64,000 nt of DNA from Anaerolineales bacterium (GTDB lineage Bacteria; Chloroflexota; Anaerolineae; Anaerolineales; UBA4823), in contig DAOQUL010000007.1 of NCBI GenBank assembly GCA_035341015.1, positions 27,599-91,598 on the forward strand. Direction: 5' to 3'. The position numbers and the translations under genes are program-made. Position 1 is the first letter of the stretch. Every line of letters begins with the position of its first letter. Below the pieces are notes generated by a model that was given only the letters and a program-made list of their open reading frames with translations, was not told the DNA's origin and made no database searches. Below, piece after piece: positions 54,524 through 64,000 of this stretch.

Positions 54524-55885
54524 ATGAAAATATTGCAAATAAATACATCTGATATATCTGGCGGTGCAGAGAGAGTTGCCTGGAATCTTCACAACGCTTA
54601 TCAATTGCATGAACATTGTTCTTGGTTGGTTGTGGGTAATAAGCGTTCTGCCGATCCTCTGGTATTTGAAATCTCGCGTTCACATCCACCAAAAATTTGG
54701 TCGCGTATATGTTGGGCTGTACATGGCAGTTTAGAGTATTATGAAAATCGCTTTAGCCTGGCACGTTGGCTGAGGTACTGCTTGAAAGTATTAGCTCAAG
54801 GGGTCCCAGGCATGGAGCGTGAGGTGGGTTGTGAAGATTTTTTTTATCCGGGTAGTCATAGGTTGTTAGCGCAGTTACCCGAAAAGCCCGATTTGATCCA
54901 TGCCCACAATTTACATGGCGGGTATTTCGACTTGCGTTACCTGGCCCATTTGAGCCAGCGCATTCCCACAATGGTTACACTGCATGATCAGTGGCTGCTA
55001 ACCGGCCACTGTGCATACTCGCTTGGTTGCACGCGTTGGAAAGTGGGGTGCGGGCGCTGCCCTGATTTATCTTTATATCCTTCATTAAATCGTGATGGCA
55101 CCGCACAAAACTGGCGGCGAAAGCAAGCGATATACCGTCGGAGTAAGTTGTATGTAGCTACCCCCAGCCAATGGTTGATGGATTGTGTGCAGCAATCCAT
55201 GTTAAATCCGGTAGAAAGCCGGGTAATCCCGAACGGGGTGGATCAGGCGATCTTTCATCCTGGAGATAAAGTGGCGGCCCGCCGCCGGCTAAACTTGCCG
55301 GAGAATGCAGCCATCTTGCTCAGCCTTGCAGCCGGTGGGCGGAATAACCCTTATAAAGATTATGGCACGATACTTCAGGCGTTTGCCAGTCTTCCTAGAG
55401 TAGATCATCTCAAATATCCCCTGGTTTTGCTTCAGGTTGGCGGAGATGAACAGCGGATGGAGGATTTGGGCGACCGCATGATTTATCACTGGCCTTATCA
55501 AAAAGAAGCCCAGCAGTTAGCGCTTATCTACAGCGCATCCGATTTGTTTTTACATGCCGCACGAGCAGATACTTTCCCAACAACAATTTTAGAGGCTTTT
55601 TCCTGTGGCATTCCAGTTGTTGCAACCGCGGTTGGCGGTATCCCTGAGCAGGTAAAAGATGGACATAATGGATTTCTTGTTTCGCCAGGTAATGTTCAAG
55701 AAATGAGCAAGAAAATCGATCAATTGCTCACTGTCTCTGATTTGATGCTGCAAATGGGACAGTTTGCTTTGCGTGATGCTAGAGAGCGATTTGATCTTCG
55801 TCAGCAGGTGAAAGAATATTTAAGCTGGTATCAGGAGATTATTGCTCAACGGCAAGCCTCACAGGCTATTGGAAGAAGAATGTGA
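54524..55885 (+). CDS. family-4 (GT-B) glycosyltransferase
   Basis: C-terminal EAFSCGIPVVATAVGGIPEQV (E-x7-E type) motif and an N-terminal SGGAERV region. Confidence 0.85.
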   Translation: MKILQINTSDISGGAERVAWNLHNAYQLHEHCSWLVVGNKRSADPLVFEISRSHPPKIWSRICWAVHGSLEYYENRFSLARWLRYCLKVLAQGVPGMEREVGCEDFFYPGSHRLLAQLPEKPDLIHAHNLHGGYFDLRYLAHLSQRIPTMVTLHDQWLLTGHCAYSLGCTRWKVGCGRCPDLSLYPSLNRDGTAQNWRRKQAIYRRSKLYVATPSQWLMDCVQQSMLNPVESRVIPNGVDQAIFHPGDKVAARRRLNLPENAAILLSLAAGGRNNPYKDYGTILQAFASLPRVDHLKYPLVLLQVGGDEQRMEDLGDRMIYHWPYQKEAQQLALIYSASDLFLHAARADTFPTTILEAFSCGIPVVATAVGGIPEQVKDGHNGFLVSPGNVQEMSKKIDQLLTVSDLMLQMGQFALRDARERFDLRQQVKEYLSWYQEIIAQRQASQAIGRRM

Positions 55886-57315
55886 TGAAATCATTTGATA
55901 TGAGGCTGCGTGTGATTATTGGCGTGTGTTCTATTGTGGGAATAATTTTTGGCGCTTTTCCTGCAAAAAGCATGCTGGCTTTTGGCTGGTCGGCTCCTCT
56001 TTCTTTGTCGGGTTCAAATCCGGCCTGGTTTCCAAAGATGGTCGCAGATAAGGCGGGATATGTTCACGTAATGTGGGGAGAGTGGGTTGGCTCGGGCTTG
56101 CCTTCTGTGCAAGCGGCTAATACGATATTTTACCGGTACTGGGATGGATTCAATTGGTCCGAGCCTATTGACACTTTTGCTTCCTCTACTACCATTTATC
56201 TTGATGATCTCGAGGTAACTGAAGATGGTCAGCTTGTTGCGGCGTGGGGAGATGATTTATATTTTTACTTAAGCTATGTATCGATTGGTGATGCAGCGCG
56301 TGTAACTGCTTGGAAAACCACAAAATATTTACCAGATACCTCGGTAGTCAATGCTAAAATTGCAATTTCTCCAGTGAACAATCGTATTTATCTTTCTTAT
56401 GGGGCTCTTAATAAAATTTTTCTGACCTCAACTTTGGATGGATTGACTTGGGAACCGGTTCAAACGATTTGGACTTCGACAAATTCTAGTATAGCAGTAA
56501 CCAACGGGGATATTATGGTTAACGAAGATGGGCGCGTGAAGCTCTCTTTCACAGAAAATAGCGTAGGAAAGTCTTGGGGGGGAGCGGCAATTTGGTATAC
56601 AGATTTTGATCCGTTAACTGGTAATACACAGATGCGCGAGATTTTGCGGTTAGACAGCCCATCAAGCCCTACGCTGGGATGGCCCAGGCTGGCATCTAAT
56701 CAGATGGGCCAGGAGATGATGTTTTGGAATAATGGTGTTGGCAGCTTAACGGGACGTTTTTTCCAAATATCCGATGATGATGGGCAGAATTGGGGAACGG
56801 TGCGAAATGCCTTCGTAGGCGAATTGAGCGGACAAACAGGCTTTCCTGCCCTGGCGGCGGATAGCTTGGGGCGTTTTCATCTTATCACTTCTGCGCAAAC
56901 CCCTTCTGGCATTACTCAATTGTGTTATGCGGTTTGGGATGGAAGAGAGTGGTCCAGTTATACCCCGCTTTGGCCTGAGCTGCGCGGCGAACATCCGGCT
57001 CTGGTGGTAACAGGGGGTAATCTTTTGCATGTGGTCTGGAATTCTTATGCAGATGCCAGTATTCGGTATAGCTCCTTGTTGTTAGATACCCCATATTTAC
57101 CCCCTGGTTCTTATCAATCGCCTTCCGTTCTGGAAATTACATCAACCCCACCGCCAATGACAGCATCGCCTACTCCAACGCCGTTGCTTCTACTTTCAGA
57201 TTCGGCCCCAGTAATCTTGGGGGCCGAAGCGCAAATGGCGATTTTGTTGTGGGGAGGTTTGCCAGTCGTTGTTCTGATTGGTATTTTGATGATTGCCTAC
57301 CTCAGAAAAAGATAA
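55885..57315 (+). CDS. BNR/Asp-box beta-propeller-like surface protein, C-terminally anchored (476 aa)
   Basis: N-terminal hydrophobic signal; Asp-boxes STLDGLTW and SDDDGQNW. The N-terminal WSAPLSLSGS...YVHVMWGEW aligns with WSEPANLSQS...LQAFWWDR of the 940-aa protein. TPPPMTASPTPTP linker, TM helix and LRKR tail. Confidence 0.7.
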   Translation: MKSFDMRLRVIIGVCSIVGIIFGAFPAKSMLAFGWSAPLSLSGSNPAWFPKMVADKAGYVHVMWGEWVGSGLPSVQAANTIFYRYWDGFNWSEPIDTFASSTTIYLDDLEVTEDGQLVAAWGDDLYFYLSYVSIGDAARVTAWKTTKYLPDTSVVNAKIAISPVNNRIYLSYGALNKIFLTSTLDGLTWEPVQTIWTSTNSSIAVTNGDIMVNEDGRVKLSFTENSVGKSWGGAAIWYTDFDPLTGNTQMREILRLDSPSSPTLGWPRLASNQMGQEMMFWNNGVGSLTGRFFQISDDDGQNWGTVRNAFVGELSGQTGFPALAADSLGRFHLITSAQTPSGITQLCYAVWDGREWSSYTPLWPELRGEHPALVVTGGNLLHVVWNSYADASIRYSSLLLDTPYLPPGSYQSPSVLEITSTPPPMTASPTPTPLLLLSDSAPVILGAEAQMAILLWGGLPVVVLIGILMIAYLRKR

Positions 57316-58466
57316 TGTCAACCTTGCCGCTGGTTACAGTAATTACCCCCTCCTATCAACAGGTTGAATATATCGAGCGTACGATTCAGAGTGTTTTGGG
57401 GCAGGAGTATCCCAACTTAGAATATTGGGTTATCGATGGTGGGTCGACAGATGGAACTGTTGATATCCTAAAACGTTATGATGGGCGACTCAATTGGGTT
57501 TCTGAGGCCGATCGAGGGCAATCAGATGCTCTGAATAAAGGTTTTAGACGAGCCAGGGGAGCAATCCTTGGTTGGTTAAATGCAGATGACACCTATAATC
57601 CGGAGGCTATTCGGCAGGCTGTTGCTGCGATGGAAGAATATCCTGATGTTGGCATGGTGTATAGTCACTGTAACTTCATTGATATTTGTGACAATGTTGT
57701 GTTTCGCCAGGTAGCTCCAGCATTTAGCCTTGCGCGGGAGGTTCTTGATCATAATCTCCCTCAGCCAACAGCTTTTTATCGTTCCGATGTTCTTAGAACG
57801 GTGGGTTATCTTAATCCTGAATTGCATTTTGTAATGGATTGGGATCTTTTTTTGCGAATCGGTGTGCAATTCCCGATTCAGCAAGTTGATGCAGTATGGG
57901 CAAACTTTCGTGAGGTAAACGGTACGAAAACATGCTCGCACCCAGAAAAATTTTGGGATGAGATGGTTGGGGTGTTCGAGAGTTTCTTCTCTATCTCCGA
58001 ATTGCCCGCGGAAGTGCGAGGTTTGCGGGAGCAGGCTTTAGCGCGAGTTCATTGGGCAGCTGGTGTGATATATCAGTTGGATTCTGATTTTACAACCAGA
58101 CTCCTGGGTCAACAAAGTTGTCAAAAGGCACTAGATCTCTACCCTTTGTTGGAACAAGATTATCAGTTTGCATCTGCTCAGATTGTGGATTGGGCTGTGC
58201 GTAGATTGCCGTTAGCTGAACGCAAGGCGTTTGTGGATACTATTTTTTCGTCTTTATCTATAACTGATTCTGTTCGCAGGAGTATGGTACGGCAGATTTC
58301 TGGAAACGTATTTGCCAGCAGCGTGCTCATGCAGGGAGACTATCGGTATAATTTACCTGTTTTTTCTTATCGCCAGACTCTTTGCCTGGTTTTTCAAGCG
58401 GTTCGACAAGATTTTCGTTGGATATTTAACCGGGGCATTTTATCTCGATTATTGCGTTGTTCATAG
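57315..58466 (+). CDS. family-2 glycosyltransferase
   Basis: VTVITPSYQQ, VIDGGSTDGT and NADD motifs. The ATG overlaps the upstream stop (TAATG). Confidence 0.85.
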   Translation: MSTLPLVTVITPSYQQVEYIERTIQSVLGQEYPNLEYWVIDGGSTDGTVDILKRYDGRLNWVSEADRGQSDALNKGFRRARGAILGWLNADDTYNPEAIRQAVAAMEEYPDVGMVYSHCNFIDICDNVVFRQVAPAFSLAREVLDHNLPQPTAFYRSDVLRTVGYLNPELHFVMDWDLFLRIGVQFPIQQVDAVWANFREVNGTKTCSHPEKFWDEMVGVFESFFSISELPAEVRGLREQALARVHWAAGVIYQLDSDFTTRLLGQQSCQKALDLYPLLEQDYQFASAQIVDWAVRRLPLAERKAFVDTIFSSLSITDSVRRSMVRQISGNVFASSVLMQGDYRYNLPVFSYRQTLCLVFQAVRQDFRWIFNRGILSRLLRCS

Positions 58467-58495
58467 TCCTCAGTGGTTCAATAATGTATTTAGAG

Positions 58496-59701
58496 ATGGC
58501 CAATATACTCGTCAGTGTTGTAATCCCATGTTATAACCAGGGGCATTTTGCTCTGAGAGCAATTCAATCGGTTTTAGATCAAGGGTTGGATGAGTGTGAG
58601 ATAATTCTTATTGACGATGGTTCCCAGGATGATACGGGTGAATTGCTTGGTAGTATTACAGACTCCCGTTTGCGGTATCATTACCAACCTAACCAGGGCT
58701 TGGCAGCGGCACGTAACAAGGGTTTGCATCTCGCCAAGGGGGAATTTATCGTTTTTTTGGATGCAGATGACGAGCTTGCCCCCTCATTTTTTGCAAAAAC
58801 ATTGCCTGTACTCCGATCAAATTCCGAGTGGGCTGGTGTATATACTCTAAGTGTTTATATTGATCCTGACGAAAAGATTTTGCCGGGGCCGGTTGTTGGC
58901 AGAATTGTTCCGCCCGATCAACTATATTCTGAATTGCTCCAGGGCGGTTTTCTCCCCATTATGGCGGCAGTGGTTAAGCGCAAAGCGGTTCTATCTATTC
59001 GTGGGTTTGAAAGTTCATTATCGGGAACAGCCGATTGGGATTATTGGCTACGCCTGGCGAAGGAGAATTTGCTTGTCGGGATTCCCGAGCCCCTGGCGTA
59101 TTACCGGGTTTATCCAGGGAGTATGTCTACCAATGCAGAATTAATGAATAGAGACCGATTACAGGTATTGAAGAAGCATTTTGGCACTCCAGATGATCAT
59201 CCATCTAGCTGGTCTGATCAAAAGCGAGTGGCGTATGCTATGGGGTACCGCGCCAATGCTTTAGCTTTGATGGAGCAGGGCAATTTCTTCCAGGCTTATA
59301 GCTGGGTGCGAAAAGCGCTCCTAATAAAGCCAGAAATTTTCACTCGGTTAGATACATATTATGAATTAGCTTGTTGTCGTCAATCTAAAGGACAGCGTGG
59401 AAGGGCTGAACTGTTAGATTTTGCTCAATCAGAATTAGATGTTCTAGGGGTTCTTGAAGTAATTGAGCGTTCTGATGCGGGGGAGAATTTTAAACGCCAA
59501 GCTGCATCCAGGGCGTACCAAGCCCTGGGATCATTAGCTGACGTGTCGGGAGAGTGGGCATTGGCAAGAAAGTATTTCAGCCGGTCAGTTTTCTTTATGC
59601 CAACTATAATCCTAGAGCCCGGTTTTTTGCGCCGGTATTTCAAGCTATTTCTTGGAAAACGAGTGGTAGAACGCTTGCGAAAAGGTATTCTGTCGGGCTA
59701 G
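58496..59701 (+). CDS. family-2 glycosyltransferase with helical-repeat C-terminal domain
   Basis: VSVVIPCYNQ, LIDDGSQD and LDADD motifs. The C-terminal ~180 aa are TPR-like. Start could also be 58484. Confidence 0.8.
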   Translation: MANILVSVVIPCYNQGHFALRAIQSVLDQGLDECEIILIDDGSQDDTGELLGSITDSRLRYHYQPNQGLAAARNKGLHLAKGEFIVFLDADDELAPSFFAKTLPVLRSNSEWAGVYTLSVYIDPDEKILPGPVVGRIVPPDQLYSELLQGGFLPIMAAVVKRKAVLSIRGFESSLSGTADWDYWLRLAKENLLVGIPEPLAYYRVYPGSMSTNAELMNRDRLQVLKKHFGTPDDHPSSWSDQKRVAYAMGYRANALALMEQGNFFQAYSWVRKALLIKPEIFTRLDTYYELACCRQSKGQRGRAELLDFAQSELDVLGVLEVIERSDAGENFKRQAASRAYQALGSLADVSGEWALARKYFSRSVFFMPTIILEPGFLRRYFKLFLGKRVVERLRKGILSG

Positions 59702-59706
59702 TAAAA

Positions 59707-60648
59707 ATGGAGCTATCTGTAGTTATCGTTAACTATAATGCTGGCCCAGCGCTAGCAAAATGTTTATCCTGTCTGATGAGCCAGACCTTGCAGGATATTG
59801 AAATAATTGTGGTGGATAACAATTCTCAAGACGGTTCTTTGGCTATATTGGATGATTATCCTCGGGTTTCCATAATACGAAATATGGCCAATCTTGGTTT
59901 TGCTGCAGGGCAAAACCAGGGTTTCCGATTGGCCCGTGGTCAATACATCATGGCTTTGAATTATGATCTGTACATGCCTCCCCAATTTTTGGAAAGTCTA
60001 TTAATCGGATTAAAGTCGGACAATCAAGCTGGATGGGCTTGTGGAAAGTTGCTAAATATGAGTCCAGATGGGAAAATGGAGAAAACAATTTATGCCGTTG
60101 GTCATACATTGCCATTGAACAGGTTTCCAAAACTGCGTGGTAACGGTGATGTTGATTGTGGACAGTATGATCAGCGGGAATATGTATTCGGCGCTCCGGG
60201 GGCGGCAGTCATATATCGTAGGGAATTTATAGATCACATTTCGTTCGACGATCAGTTCTTTGATGAAAGTTTTTTTACCTGGTATGAAGATGTAGATGTT
60301 GATTGGCGAGGAAATAACTGCGGCTGGAAATGTATTTATATTCCAGATGCACAGGCTTACCACCAGGGCCATGTAGGAGAACGCTATGTCGACCCCTTTT
60401 TATCCTTTTTTGTTGAATTGACAGTGCGTAATCGTTGGTTAATGGTTTTGGCCAATGAACTTGAGTTGAAACATAATTTTTCATTAAGCATCATGCAATA
60501 TGAATTTGCTTTGTTGCGGTATGTGCTAAGAGAAAGACTATTAAAAGCTTACGTGCGAGCGATATACGGGGTGTACACGCGAGTCGCATTGATCCAGCAT
60601 AAAAGGAAATCTATTTTAAAAAAATCATTAGAGAAGGGTTGCTTTTGA
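59707..60648 (+). CDS. family-2 glycosyltransferase
   Basis: SVVIVNYNAG and VVDNNSQDGS motifs. ATG at 59707, 5 nt after the upstream stop. Confidence 0.85.
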   Translation: MELSVVIVNYNAGPALAKCLSCLMSQTLQDIEIIVVDNNSQDGSLAILDDYPRVSIIRNMANLGFAAGQNQGFRLARGQYIMALNYDLYMPPQFLESLLIGLKSDNQAGWACGKLLNMSPDGKMEKTIYAVGHTLPLNRFPKLRGNGDVDCGQYDQREYVFGAPGAAVIYRREFIDHISFDDQFFDESFFTWYEDVDVDWRGNNCGWKCIYIPDAQAYHQGHVGERYVDPFLSFFVELTVRNRWLMVLANELELKHNFSLSIMQYEFALLRYVLRERLLKAYVRAIYGVYTRVALIQHKRKSILKKSLEKGCF

Positions 60649-60698
60649 ATACTAGACGTTTAACCTTGTGTTTTTCTTGTGAATGATCTGAAAACATA

Positions 60699-61661
60699 AT
60701 GGATGACAGCCGGATGTTTCCTTACGTTATTGTACTGATTTTGAATTGGAATAATCCACAGGACACAATTGTTTGTTTGGAATCCGTAACAAAATCGGAT
60801 TATCCCAACTTTTCTGTGGTGGTTATCGACAATGGCTCAACAGATAATTCTGTTACAATGCTTCGTCAGTCTTTCCCGAATTTAGATATTCAGGAACTTC
60901 ATTCGAATTTCGGCTATGCAGAGGGAAATAATATTGGAATGCGCTATGCCTTATCTAAGAGGGCCGACTACTTATTGATTTTAAATAATGATACTTGGGT
61001 AGCACAAGATATGTTAAATGAGCTTGTTAAATATGCTGTTGCTCATCCAGCAGCCGGCATGGTTGGCCCAAAAGTTTTGTGTGGGATGGGTAAGGATATT
61101 TTATTTGCCTCCGGTAGTTTTATTAACTGGCATAAAGGCGAAATCATGCATCGCGGGATGTTTCAAGTGGAAGATCAACCCTCTCTAAGCAATCCTGAGG
61201 ATGTGGATTTTATAATAGGCTGCGGTGTGTTGGTAAGCAAAGCTCTAGTTACTTCAGTAGGGATGTTAGATGCAAGGTATTATTTAAACTTTGAAGATGT
61301 TGAATGGTCGATTCGTGCAAAGAGGGAAGGGTTTGCAGTAGTATATGTTCCTAAGGCAAAAATGTGGCATAAAGTTTCGGCAAGTCTGGGACTGGCATCG
61401 CCTATGAATACTTACTACATGACTCGCAACGCGCTTTTATTCTTCGGATCGCAATCTTCGGGAGTATGGAAAATAATTTCTATATTATCCATTTTGGTAC
61501 GCACCTTGCGTACTGTCGCTGCATGGACATTCAAACAAGAATATAAAACGAAAGACTATAATGGCCGGCGTATTGCTAATTTATACGCGCTGCGCGACTA
61601 TTTTTTAGGACGTTTTGGCCAAATGGGATCGGATGTTCGCAAGGCGTGCTTAGATCTATAA
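60699..61661 (+). CDS. family-2 glycosyltransferase
   Basis: VIVLILNWNN, VVIDNGSTDNS and LNNDT motifs. Confidence 0.85.
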   Translation: MDDSRMFPYVIVLILNWNNPQDTIVCLESVTKSDYPNFSVVVIDNGSTDNSVTMLRQSFPNLDIQELHSNFGYAEGNNIGMRYALSKRADYLLILNNDTWVAQDMLNELVKYAVAHPAAGMVGPKVLCGMGKDILFASGSFINWHKGEIMHRGMFQVEDQPSLSNPEDVDFIIGCGVLVSKALVTSVGMLDARYYLNFEDVEWSIRAKREGFAVVYVPKAKMWHKVSASLGLASPMNTYYMTRNALLFFGSQSSGVWKIISILSILVRTLRTVAAWTFKQEYKTKDYNGRRIANLYALRDYFLGRFGQMGSDVRKACLDL

Positions 61662-61666
61662 GGAAT

Positions 61667-62656
61667 ATGGCTATGGCGCAGTTGGATGCATCCATCATTA
61701 TCCCAACATATAATCGAAAAGATTCGCTCTTATTAACCTTGAATTCCTTACGCAGCCAAACCTGGCCTCATAACCTTTTTGAGGTAATTGTGGTTGATGA
61801 TGGTTCAGTTGAAAACTTAGACAGTGTGGAAGAAGAAGACTTTCCTTTCCCGTTCCGAATGATTCATCAAATTAATCAGGGTTCGGCTGCAGCCCGCAAT
61901 ACTGGTGCTCAAAATTCCAATGGTCAACTACTGATTTTTATTGATGACGATATCTTGCTAGAGCCCGGATATATTGAGGGCTTGATAAAAGAACATTGGG
62001 CCTATAAAAATATAGTTGGAATGGGTATATGTTTACCCTATATAACCTCTCGTTCCACTTGCTTTGAGAGGATATATCTTGCAAATTTGTTTACTCTAGA
62101 GCTAGTAAGCAAAGAAGTACAATTCACTGAGTGCGTCACCAATAACTTGTCGGTAATGCGCGGAGATTTTGAACAGGTTGGTGAGATGCAGGATATTGCG
62201 GGTGATGGTCCAACTTGGTGGGGAGATGTGGATTTCGGATATAGGGCATGGAAAATCGGTATGCATTTTCGTCGTAGTGGCTCGGCAATCTGCTATCATG
62301 TCGACTATTCGACCCAAAGTCTTGCGTCTGTGAGCCAGCGGGCCTATAAAATATCCCAAATGGCTGTTGTGCTTTTGCGCAAATATCCTGATATTCTGTC
62401 ATATCTTCCAATGTTTGCAGACAAGACCCCATTACAACCATTACAGGAACCTATTCGTTTGACTGTGCGCAAGATCTTGCGCTCCTTTTCGGCTGGCACC
62501 CTGCCTGTCAATGTGCTTGAATTCAGCGCGAGAGTATTGGAGATGTCAATGCCAATTCCATTCGTCCTAACTCCCATATATCGTTGGATTATAGGCGCAT
62601 ATATTTACCGCGGTTTTAGAGACGGATTTCTTAGATATCAAAGCCCAACGATCTGA
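61667..62656 (+). CDS. family-2 glycosyltransferase
   Basis: ASIIIPTYNR, VVDDGS and IDDD motifs. ATG at 61667 preceded by AAGGA. Confidence 0.8.
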   Translation: MAMAQLDASIIIPTYNRKDSLLLTLNSLRSQTWPHNLFEVIVVDDGSVENLDSVEEEDFPFPFRMIHQINQGSAAARNTGAQNSNGQLLIFIDDDILLEPGYIEGLIKEHWAYKNIVGMGICLPYITSRSTCFERIYLANLFTLELVSKEVQFTECVTNNLSVMRGDFEQVGEMQDIAGDGPTWWGDVDFGYRAWKIGMHFRRSGSAICYHVDYSTQSLASVSQRAYKISQMAVVLLRKYPDILSYLPMFADKTPLQPLQEPIRLTVRKILRSFSAGTLPVNVLEFSARVLEMSMPIPFVLTPIYRWIIGAYIYRGFRDGFLRYQSPTI

Positions 62657-62668
62657 GATTAACATTGC

Positions 62669-63577
62669 ATGAACCAGCCGTTTCACCTTTCAGTCATCAT
62701 TGTCAATTGGAATACGCGTGGTTTGCTACAGGGTTGTCTCGAATCGCTTTATAATAATTTGCCAGATGGCGAATTAGAAATTATTGTGGTCGATAACGCA
62801 TCTACAGATGGCAGCCTTGAGATGTTGCATAAGCACTTTCCACAGGTGAAGGTGATCGCCAATTCTCAGAATTTGGGTTTTGCGCGGGCAAATAACCAGG
62901 CAATCCAGATATCCAGAGGTGACGTTATTCTCTTGCTAAATAGTGATACACTGATCTTGCCGGGTAGCTTATCAAACTTGTTTCAGTGTCTTGAGGCTTA
63001 TCCGGATGCTGGTATATTTGGGGGTAAGTTACTAAACAAAGATGGTTCTTTTCAGTCATCTTACAATGATTTTCCTAATCTTATATCTGAATTATTGTTA
63101 ATGGCAGGCCTGGCACGCCGGGTTTACACGAATTATTATCCTAGCTATCCAGCCGAACGTAGTCTCACGACATGTTATTGCGATTGGGTGGGGGGCGCAT
63201 TTTTGTTAGTCCGCCGCGCTGTTTGTGAGCAGGTGGGGTTGTTGGATGAGAACTATTTCATGTATGCCGAAGAAGTTGATTGGTGCTATAGGGCACACCA
63301 AGCAGGCTGGAGGGTAGTATATTGTGCGGATGCTCCGATCATCCACTTTGGTGGGCAAAGTGCCAGCAGGTCTTCTTACCGGCAGCAGTTGTTACTATAT
63401 CGAAGTAAAGCCCGCTATTTTTTGATCCATCATGGACGTTTATGTGCTCAGGTTTTTGGGTTCGTTGTGAAAGTCGCGGCTTTATTAAAGGCTATTTACT
63501 GGGCGGCCACCAGCCTGGTCTGGCCCGAGCGACGCGAAAATGCCGCAGTGGCTTGGGATTTAGCCAGGACCTTCTGA
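62669..63577 (+). CDS. family-2 glycosyltransferase
   Basis: LSVIIVNWNT, VVDNASTDGS and LNSDT motifs. Confidence 0.85.
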   Translation: MNQPFHLSVIIVNWNTRGLLQGCLESLYNNLPDGELEIIVVDNASTDGSLEMLHKHFPQVKVIANSQNLGFARANNQAIQISRGDVILLLNSDTLILPGSLSNLFQCLEAYPDAGIFGGKLLNKDGSFQSSYNDFPNLISELLLMAGLARRVYTNYYPSYPAERSLTTCYCDWVGGAFLLVRRAVCEQVGLLDENYFMYAEEVDWCYRAHQAGWRVVYCADAPIIHFGGQSASRSSYRQQLLLYRSKARYFLIHHGRLCAQVFGFVVKVAALLKAIYWAATSLVWPERRENAAVAWDLARTF

Positions 63578-63999
63578 TGATGTCTGTGAACGGTAAGGCC
63601 ATGCGCATAGGGATTGATATTCGAGCAATTTCACACCCCCAGCCTGGAGGATTTAAAAGTTATACTTCTGGATTGGTGAGTGGTTTGGCTTCGGTGGATC
63701 ATGAAGATCAGTTTGTTCTCTACGCAGATCGTTCTTGCCAACTGCCATCTATAGCAGATCGCCTTAATTTTTCAATCGTTACGCTAAAGTCGCCAGAACA
63801 TTTAATGGGAATGGGGGCGATGGTTCGTGAGCAGGTATTTTTACCTCGGGCGGCTTGGCAAGAGGATTTTGATATATTTCATTTTCCTTGTGCAACCGGT
63901 CCGCTCTTGTTTCCTCGTACAAAGGTGGTTACGATCCATGACGCCATTGAGTTTATCGAAAAGCCACCATTGTTTGTGAATCGTAGTATCAGGCGGTGG
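63577..63999 (+). CDS. family-4 glycosyltransferase, N-terminal part (3' end beyond window)
   Basis: Hand-translated open frame MMSVNGKAMRIGIDIRAIS...FDIFHFPCATGP...VVTIHDAIEF, a typical GT4 N-domain. The ATG overlaps the upstream TGA. Alternative start at 63601. Confidence 0.7.
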   Translation, partial: MMSVNGKAMRIGIDIRAISHPQPGGFKSYTSGLVSGLASVDHEDQFVLYADRSCQLPSIADRLNFSIVTLKSPEHLMGMGAMVREQVFLPRAAWQEDFDIFHFPCATGPLLFPRTKVVTIHDAIEFIEKPPLFVNRSIRRW

Positions 64000-64000
64000 T

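Larger units (their letters stand above)
51190..64000. other. low-GC compositional island carrying a complete ABC-transporter-dependent glycan cassette (right end beyond window)
   Basis: Sampled 60-nt lines at 53701 and 60061 count 28% and 40% GC, against 73-77% at 46501 and 49441 and 60% at 38401. All genes are co-oriented with tiny or overlapping junctions. Confidence 0.7.

Overview
Bacterial chromosomal fragment. I saw no rRNA, tRNA, CRISPR array, integrase or transposase. All functions below come from reading motifs in the supplied translations; no searches were run.

nt 1-44,000 holds ordinary housekeeping genes at roughly 55-62% GC by eye: the nuoN 3' end, an F0-only atp operon, murE, add, an ABC-F ATPase, pnp/rpsO, PDH E1a/E1b/E2, uppP, tgt, recJ, glk and yvcK-gap-pgk-tpiA. 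Signalling genes are interspersed: REC, REC-GGDEF, a GAF-PAS histidine kinase, two Hanks kinases and an FHA-wHTH regulator.

nt 44,000-64,000 is a surface-glycan locus built from three compositional layers. First comes a NusG-paralog-led, very GC-rich block (sampled 60-nt lines 52-77% GC). It encodes an NTP_transf_5 protein, a Wzy_C/O-antigen-ligase-like protein with TPR, and a 940-aa BNR/Asp-box surface protein. This block ends in a 55-codon 5' stump of a high-GC wzm gene. From about nt 51,190 to the window end lies a low-GC island (sampled lines 28-40% GC) with its own complete wzm/wzt, a second BNR/Asp-box anchored protein, an unknown ORF, six GT2 genes and two GT4 genes.

Best leads:
- The wzm-stump breakpoint, which looks like cassette replacement.
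- The locus may be an slg-like protein O-glycosylation system, with a BNR propeller conserved on both sides of the boundary.
- A GC-rich palindromic element is inserted in-frame, twice, in the BNR gene.
- A divergent Hanks kinase / FHA-OmpR-wHTH pair.
- A Hanks kinase sits inside the gap-pgk-tpiA operon next to yvcK.
- A subunit b + delta-C-terminal-domain fusion closes an F0-only atp operon.
- A terminator-containing leader with a leaderless uORF precedes the ABC-F gene.
- At least seven start codons show -10 boxes only 7-11 nt upstream, suggesting leaderless mRNAs.

The host looks Chloroflexota-like, but that is an unverified impression.
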